Translations under genes and position numbers: made by a program | Shown here: positions 58,690 to 64,000 of the stretch, piece after piece | Position numbering within the stretch: the first letter of the stretch is position 1 | Layout of the letters: every line of letters begins with the position of its first letter | Source of the DNA: Christensenellaceae bacterium | GTDB lineage: Bacteria > Bacillota > Clostridia > Christensenellales > Borkfalkiaceae | Reading direction: 5' to 3' | Assembly: GCA_045591355.1 (NCBI GenBank) | Contig: JAZNSS010000029.1 | Span: 51,739-115,738, forward strand | Length of the DNA stretch: 64,000 nt | Notes under the pieces: generated by a model | Told to the model about the DNA's origin: nothing | Seen by the model: the letters and a program-made list of their open reading frames with translations, nothing else | Database searches by the model: none

Positions 58690-61600
58690 TTACTCTTTGT
58701 CTTCGTCGTCAAAATCATCGTCGAACATATCACTTTCTGGAATAGTCGTGTCGATTTCAACGTCGTCATCGTCAAACATATCAGACGCATTAAATTCAAA
58801 GTCGTCGTCAATATCAACTTCTTCATTGTCAATAAATTCACCGATGGTTTCAGCAGTTTCACCAATGTTATCAATAGAAACCTCTTCTTGAACGTCTTTT
58901 TCTCTCGTCTTAGGAGCAACGTCGTCATAGTCGGCTTCGATAAGGTCTTTAAGAGCAAGTTCTTCTTTATTTTCGGTAAGAACCTTAACGTCAAGAGCAA
59001 GTGATTGAAGTTCTTTTAGCAACACTTTGAATGCTTCTGGAATACCAGGTTCGCTGATATTAGTGCCTTTAACGATACTTTCATAAGTCTTAACCCTACC
59101 AACGATATCGTCAGACTTAACGGTAAGAATTTCTTGTAGAACGTGAGCAGCGCCGTAAGCTTCGAGCGCCCAAATTTCCATTTCACCAAATCTTTGTCCA
59201 CCGAATTGCGCCTTACCACCTAAAGGTTGTTGTGTAACAAGGCTGTATGGGCCTGTTGAACGTGCGTGAATCTTATCGTCAACAAGGTGGTGAAGTTTAA
59301 TCATATACATTTGACCAACCGTAACTCTGTTTTCAAAAGGTTCGCCCGTTCTTCCGTCGTAAAGTTGAATTTTACCGTCAACTTCGCCGTCTGGGTTAAC
59401 TATATTGTTATCTTTTAATAATTCTTTAATATCGCTTTCAGATGCGCCGTCGAAAACAGGGGTTGCAATCTTCCAGCCAAGTTGTTTACATACAAGACCT
59501 AGGTGAACTTCTAATACTTGACCGATGTTCATACGAGAAGGAACGCCTAGTGGGTTAAGCACGATTTGTAAAGGCGTGCCGTCAGCCATAAACGGCATAT
59601 CGGATTCAGGAAGTATTCTTGAAATAGCGCCCTTGTTACCGTGACGACCAGCCATCTTGTCGCCGATAGAAATCTTACGCTTTTGAGCAATGTAAACACG
59701 AACTAGTTTATTAACTCCTGGAGGAAGTTCGTCTTTGTTAGCGCGTGTAAACACTTTAACGTCAACGACTATACCACCTTCGCCGTGTGGAACTTTAAGT
59801 GAAGTATCTCTAACTTCTCTAGCCTTTTCACCAAAGATAGCACGGAGCAATCTTTCTTCTGGAGTAAGTTCTGCTTCGCCCTTAGGTGTAACTTTACCAA
59901 CCAAGATGTCGCCACTGTTAACTTCAGCGCCGATACGGATAATACCGTCTTCGTCAAGGTCTTTAAGCGCTTCTTCACCAACGTTTGGAATATCACGGGT
60001 GATTTCTTCTTCACCAAGACGGGTATCCCTTGCGTCGATTTCGTGTTCTTCAATATGGATAGTTGTGAAAACGTCTTCACGAACTAATTTTTCAGAAAGT
60101 AAAATAGCGTCTTCGTAGTTGTAACCTTCCCAGCTCATAAAGCCAACAAGAATGTTTCTACCAAGCGCAAGTTCGCCGTTCCTTGTAGAAGGACCGTCAG
60201 CGATAGTTTGACCTGCTTCAATCTTTTCGCCCTTATCAACGATAGGTCTTTGATTTAAGCAAGTGCCTTGGTTACTACGTTCAAACTTTTTAAGTTTATA
60301 TTCTCTATCCGTGCCGTCTAGTTCGGTAATTACGATACGGTCACTAGCAACGGTTTTAACAACGCCTGCGTTAACTGCGTTTACCATAACGCCAGAGTCG
60401 TATGCGATACGGCGTTCAATACCCGTGGCAACGATTGCGTTTTCTGGGCAAAGTAGTGGAACTGCTTGACGTTGCATGTTAGAACCCATTAGAGCACGGT
60501 TGGTATCGTCGTTTTCCAAGAACGGAATAAGCGCCGTTGCAACTGAGATAAGTTGCTTTGGAGAAACGTCCATATAATCGATTTTTTCCTTAACTTCTTC
60601 GGTGATTTGTTCACGAAGTCTGCAAGAAACACGGTCGTTAACGAAATATTTGTTATCAACCAATGGTTCGTTTGCTTGAGCAACGATGTAGTTATCTTCT
60701 TCGTCGGCAGTTAAGTAATCAACGTGTTCGGTAACGATAGTTTCAATCGTTCCGTCAGAATTCATAACGTGGTCAACCTTTCTATAAGGTGATTCGATAA
60801 ATCCGTATTCGTTAACCTTTGCGTAAGCGGCTAGTGAAGAAATAAGACCTATGTTTTGACCTTCAGGGGTTTCAATAGGACACATTCTGCCGTAGTGAGA
60901 GTGGTGAACGTCACGCACTTCAAAGGTTGCTCTTTCACGGTTAAGTCCCCCTGGACCTAACGCAGAAAGTTTTCTCTTATGCGTTAATTCTGCGATTGGG
61001 TTGGTTTGGTCCATAAATTGTGATAATTGTGATGAACCGAAGAATTCCTTAATTGCAGAACTTACGGGACGAACGTTGATAAGACCTTGTGGAGTAACTT
61101 CCTTAGAGTCTTGAGTTTGCATTCTTTCTTTAATAACACGTTCTAATCTTGCAATACCGATACGGAATTGGTTTTGCAATAATTCGCCGACTGAACGAAC
61201 ACGACGGTTGCCCAAGTGGTCGATATTGTCAACGGAATTTAAGCCCATAGTTAAGTCTAGGCTAATAGAAACGGTTGCAACGATATCGTCAACGGTTATA
61301 TGTTTATGATTTAATTTGTCAAGTAAAGGACGAAGCGTCTTCTTGTCTTCTGCAGAAAGTTTTTCTGGAAGATTTGCAAGAATTTGCTTGTAAGCAAGAC
61401 ATGCGTTAATAAACTTGATACGAACTTCCCTTGCCTTTTCTTGGTTCTTCTTATCTTCAAGTTTTTCTTCAACGCCTTCTTCAGAATCTTTATCTTCAAG
61501 ATAGAATAGGTCGTCTATTTCCCTTCTTAAAATATCAGCCGTTGCTTCAACGCCGTTTGCAGTAGCGATTTCGCATACCTTATCAGCAAAAACAACCGTT

Positions 61601-62697
61601 GGATAATAAACGTAGTCTAAAAGACCAAAGAATCTTGGGTCAACGCCAACTACTTCCTTGAAGGAAACGGTGTTGTTTGCAATAATCTTGTGGCGAACGC
61701 CTTCAACGTCAGCGTAGAATACGTTAACGCCTGCGTTTTGAATTGCTTCAGCAGTGGTCTTGTCGATAATTTGACCAGCCTGCGCTAAAACTTCACCATC
61801 AGCAGATATAACGTCATCAGCAGACTTTAAGCCTACGATACGCACGCCCATACGCAAACGTTTATTGAATTTATATCTACCAACCCTTGCTAGGTCGTAA
61901 CGTCTTGCGTCGAAAAAAAGGTTTTTAAGTTGTTGTTTAACTGCTTCGTCAGTTGGGATTTCACCAGGACGAATTCTTCTATACAATTCAACTAAACCGT
62001 CTTTTTCAGATTTAGCAGTATCTTTTTCAATGGTATCGGTAATCATTTGGTTACTGTCGAAAAGTTCGGCAAGTTGTTCGTCAGTTCCAAAACCTAACGC
62101 ACGTAAAAGAACGGTTGCAGGTAACTTTCTAGTTCTGTCAACGTGCACCCACAATACGTTTTGAGAGTCTTGTTCAAATTCAAGCCATGCACCACGAGAA
62201 GGTATAACCGTGGTATCGAAAAGCTTTTTGCCAGACTTGTCCACCTGAACGCCGTTGTATACGCCAGGAGAACGAACTAATTGTGAAACGATAACTCTTT
62301 CTGCCCCGTTGATAAGGAAAGAACCGTTATCCGTCATAAGAGGGAAATCTCCCATGAAAACGTCTTGATCGATTACTTCGTCAGTAACCTTGTTAACCAA
62401 TCTAACCTTAACCCTTAAAGGAAGAGCATAAGTTTCCCTTCTTGCTCTACATTCTTTTTCGTCGTATTTTGGCTTGCCTTCTAGGGTGTAGTCCAAGAAA
62501 TACAATTCAAAGTGGTCAGAGTAGTCGGTAATTGGCGAGAAGTCTTCAAAAACTTCGCTGATGCCTTCTTTAATGAAAGCGTCATAGGAGTCCTTTTGGA
62601 TTTTAACAAGATACGGTAATTCGATTGCTTCTTTAATCTTGCTGAACGTTTTTCTTGTTATCTTTCCGCTCTGGATTTCAGATAATTTACGTGCCAT
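58690..62697 (-). CDS. rpoB: DNA-directed RNA polymerase subunit beta, with a ~90-aa acidic C-terminal extension
   Basis: Core RpoB motifs throughout; 1335 aa. The tail after [15 protein letters not shown] is extremely acidic and contains the repeat SDMFDDD twice. Confidence 0.97.
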   Translation of the reverse strand: MARKLSEIQSGKITRKTFSKIKEAIELPYLVKIQKDSYDAFIKEGISEVFEDFSPITDYSDHFELYFLDYTLEGKPKYDEKECRARRETYALPLRVKVRLVNKVTDEVIDQDVFMGDFPLMTDNGSFLINGAERVIVSQLVRSPGVYNGVQVDKSGKKLFDTTVIPSRGAWLEFEQDSQNVLWVHVDRTRKLPATVLLRALGFGTDEQLAELFDSNQMITDTIEKDTAKSEKDGLVELYRRIRPGEIPTDEAVKQQLKNLFFDARRYDLARVGRYKFNKRLRMGVRIVGLKSADDVISADGEVLAQAGQIIDKTTAEAIQNAGVNVFYADVEGVRHKIIANNTVSFKEVVGVDPRFFGLLDYVYYPTVVFADKVCEIATANGVEATADILRREIDDLFYLEDKDSEEGVEEKLEDKKNQEKAREVRIKFINACLAYKQILANLPEKLSAEDKKTLRPLLDKLNHKHITVDDIVATVSISLDLTMGLNSVDNIDHLGNRRVRSVGELLQNQFRIGIARLERVIKERMQTQDSKEVTPQGLINVRPVSSAIKEFFGSSQLSQFMDQTNPIAELTHKRKLSALGPGGLNRERATFEVRDVHHSHYGRMCPIETPEGQNIGLISSLAAYAKVNEYGFIESPYRKVDHVMNSDGTIETIVTEHVDYLTADEEDNYIVAQANEPLVDNKYFVNDRVSCRLREQITEEVKEKIDYMDVSPKQLISVATALIPFLENDDTNRALMGSNMQRQAVPLLCPENAIVATGIERRIAYDSGVMVNAVNAGVVKTVASDRIVITELDGTDREYKLKKFERSNQGTCLNQRPIVDKGEKIEAGQTIADGPSTRNGELALGRNILVGFMSWEGYNYEDAILLSEKLVREDVFTTIHIEEHEIDARDTRLGEEEITRDIPNVGEEALKDLDEDGIIRIGAEVNSGDILVGKVTPKGEAELTPEERLLRAIFGEKAREVRDTSLKVPHGEGGIVVDVKVFTRANKDELPPGVNKLVRVYIAQKRKISIGDKMAGRHGNKGAISRILPESDMPFMADGTPLQIVLNPLGVPSRMNIGQVLEVHLGLVCKQLGWKIATPVFDGASESDIKELLKDNNIVNPDGEVDGKIQLYDGRTGEPFENRVTVGQMYMIKLHHLVDDKIHARSTGPYSLVTQQPLGGKAQFGGQRFGEMEIWALEAYGAAHVLQEILTVKSDDIVGRVKTYESIVKGTNISEPGIPEAFKVLLKELQSLALDVKVLTENKEELALKDLIEADYDDVAPKTREKDVQEEVSIDNIGETAETIGEFIDNEEVDIDDDFEFNASDMFDDDDVEIDTTIPESDMFDDDFDDEDKE

Positions 62698-62972
62698 TAA
62701 AACACACTCCTTAAAAAATTTTTAAAATATTTTTCGACCCTGTTTACAAATGCAAAAATATGTTGTATAATTTGGTCAATTAAATTAATCGGGTTAATAT
62801 CAGTTAAAAATTAGCGATTTTGGGGTTTTTTACCCTTATAAAATTGCTCCATTTTCCGAAAAATGGTGATAATAATCGATATTAACCTATCATAATCGAT
62901 TTTATTATCTTACTGTATTTTGTCAAGATTGTCAAGCGATTGAAATACTTTTTAAAATTTTTTTATTTGAGT

Positions 62973-63000
62973 TTGACTTTTTTCGACAAAATAGTATAAA
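62973..63000 (+). promoter_or_regulatory. promoter of the S4-domain gene (TTGACT - 16 nt - TATAAA)
   Basis: TTGACT at 62973-62978 and TATAAA at 62995-63000. A second, consensus promoter-like box (TTTACA-17-TATAAT) lies further upstream on the plus strand at 62745-62773. Confidence 0.5.
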
Positions 63001-63014
63001 ATTAAGTGATTTTT

Positions 63015-63260
63015 ATGAGAATTGATAAGTTTTTGAAGGTATCTAGAATATTAAAACGTAGAACGCTAGCCCAAGAAGCCACGAACGGTGGCAGAGTTAA
63101 GGTTAACGGCAAGGTCGTTAAGCCTGCATATCAATTAAAGATAGGCGACGAGATAGAACTTGGCTTTAATAGTGGAACTGTAAAATTAAGAGTTTTAGAC
63201 TTAAAAGAAACGGTTAGAAAAGAACAAGCAGAAAGCATGTATGAAATAATTAAGGAATAA
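63015..63260 (+). CDS. S4-domain RNA-binding protein (Hsp15/YabO-like), 81 aa
   Basis: MRIDKFLKVSRILKRRTLAQEATNGGRVKVNGKVVKPAYQLKIGDEIE is a classic S4 domain. Start at the ATG at 63015; the ORF-track start at 63006 is a GTG. Confidence 0.8.
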   Translation: MRIDKFLKVSRILKRRTLAQEATNGGRVKVNGKVVKPAYQLKIGDEIELGFNSGTVKLRVLDLKETVRKEQAESMYEIIKE

Positions 63261-63263
63261 CGT

Positions 63264-64000
63264 ATGAAAATATCTTGCATAATAGCCTGCGCCGGAAAAG
63301 GGGTTCGAGCAGGGTTTGAAAAGAATAAACTTTTAGTAAAAGTAGACGGAATTACCTGTTTAGAACGCACGGTAAAAGCAGTTTATAATTCTTCACTAGT
63401 TGACGAAATTATTGCCGTTGCTTCAAAAGAAGATTTAACCGTAGTGGAAAAGATATGCGCGTCCTATAACGTTAAAGTCGTTGTTGGTGGAAGCACCAGA
63501 ACGCAGTCTGTTAAAAACGGACTTAACGAATGTTCTGGCGAAATAGTTCTTATACACGACGGAGCAAGACCTTTCCTTTCCAAAGACCTTATTAAAAGAT
63601 GTATAGACGGCGCTACCCTACACGGTGGGGTTATACCCGTTATACCGTCAAGAAACACAATGGTTAAAGTCGGCAACGGTATCACGGACGAATACTTGGG
63701 TAAAGACGGTATATTCTCCGTTCAAACCCCACAGGCTTTTAAAACCGAACTCATCAAAAAGGCGTTTGAACAGATTGACGATAAGCCATTTAACGACGAC
63801 GGTGAAATATATAAAAATTATATCGGCAAACTTTATACTGTCGAAGGGGAAAGTTCAAACGTAAAACTTACATACCCACAAGACTTTGACTTCAAAAATA
63901 AAACCCCCGAATACCGTTTTGGGGTTGGGTTTGACTGCCATAAACTTGTTGAAAATAGAAAACTTATTTTGGGTGGCATAGAAGTCCCACACGATAAAGG
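63264..64000 (+). CDS. ispDF: bifunctional IspD/IspF (MEP cytidylyltransferase fused to MEcPP synthase), partial at the window end
   Basis: ATG at 63264 after an AAGGA RBS. The IspD N-terminus MKISCIIACAGKGVRAG .. LIHDGARPF is followed by the IspF signature FGVGFDCHKLVENRKLILGGIEVPH before the window ends. Not in the ORF track because no stop falls in the window. Confidence 0.8.
   Translation, partial: MKISCIIACAGKGVRAGFEKNKLLVKVDGITCLERTVKAVYNSSLVDEIIAVASKEDLTVVEKICASYNVKVVVGGSTRTQSVKNGLNECSGEIVLIHDGARPFLSKDLIKRCIDGATLHGGVIPVIPSRNTMVKVGNGITDEYLGKDGIFSVQTPQAFKTELIKKAFEQIDDKPFNDDGEIYKNYIGKLYTVEGESSNVKLTYPQDFDFKNKTPEYRFGVGFDCHKLVENRKLILGGIEVPHDK

Noticed and set aside
58493-59219. Small ORFs on both strands overlapping the 3' end of rpoB (132, 110 and 67 aa).
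   Set aside because: They are artefacts of the repetitive GA/TC-rich coding sequence of the acidic RpoB tail; the rpoB frame is continuous and far more plausible.
63625-63864. 79-aa plus-strand ORF inside the ispDF region.
   Set aside because: It is out of frame with the clearly recognisable IspD/IspF reading frame that starts at 63264.
1-64000. Alternative genetic code (UGA = Trp, Mycoplasma/Spiroplasma-like), suggested by the AT-rich Mollicutes-like flavour and the BspA-type lipoproteins.
   Set aside because: All long conserved genes (rpoB, rpoC, addA, addB, lon, fusA) are intact under the standard code with no internal TGA interruptions, so code 11 applies.

Overview
This is a 64-kb, AT-rich chromosomal segment that looks like a low-GC Firmicutes-type genome read with the standard genetic code. 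Long ORFs are intact and UGA is not read as Trp. Most genes lie on the minus strand and are conserved housekeeping loci. The window is dominated by the str / RNA-polymerase block rpoB-rpoC-rpsL-rpsG-fusA-tuf, plus hup, comEC-holA-cdaA, arsR-uvrC-HAD-lon-engB, addB-addA (rexBA-type), gap, fba, malic enzyme, aspartate kinase, nagA, queH and a partial ispDF at the 3' edge. There is one tRNA (Glu, anticodon CTC). I recognise a THF (folate) riboswitch on the minus strand in front of an ECF S-component (folT-like). I found no CRISPR array, restriction-modification system, integrase or obvious prophage. The regions I consider worth a second look are: (1) an SPFH/Band-7-like operon with a zinc-ribbon mini-protein and a membrane protein, divergent from an XRE regulator, and a recurring XRE-plus-zinc-ribbon pairing that occurs three times in the window; (2) a ~1-kb intergenic region full of repeated hairpin/terminator modules; (3) a tRNA-Glu followed by a 10-bp inverted-repeat-bounded mini-element and a duplicate of the tRNA 3' end; (4) unannotated small ORFs, namely a 46-aa Cys-triplet hydrophobic peptide divergent from arsR and a 42-aa tail-anchored peptide translationally coupled to cdaA where cdaR would be expected; (5) an orphan BY-kinase/phosphatase pair with a non-canonical membrane partner; (6) a long acidic repeat tail on RpoB. 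All assignments are from reading the translations and DNA by eye. No database search was run.
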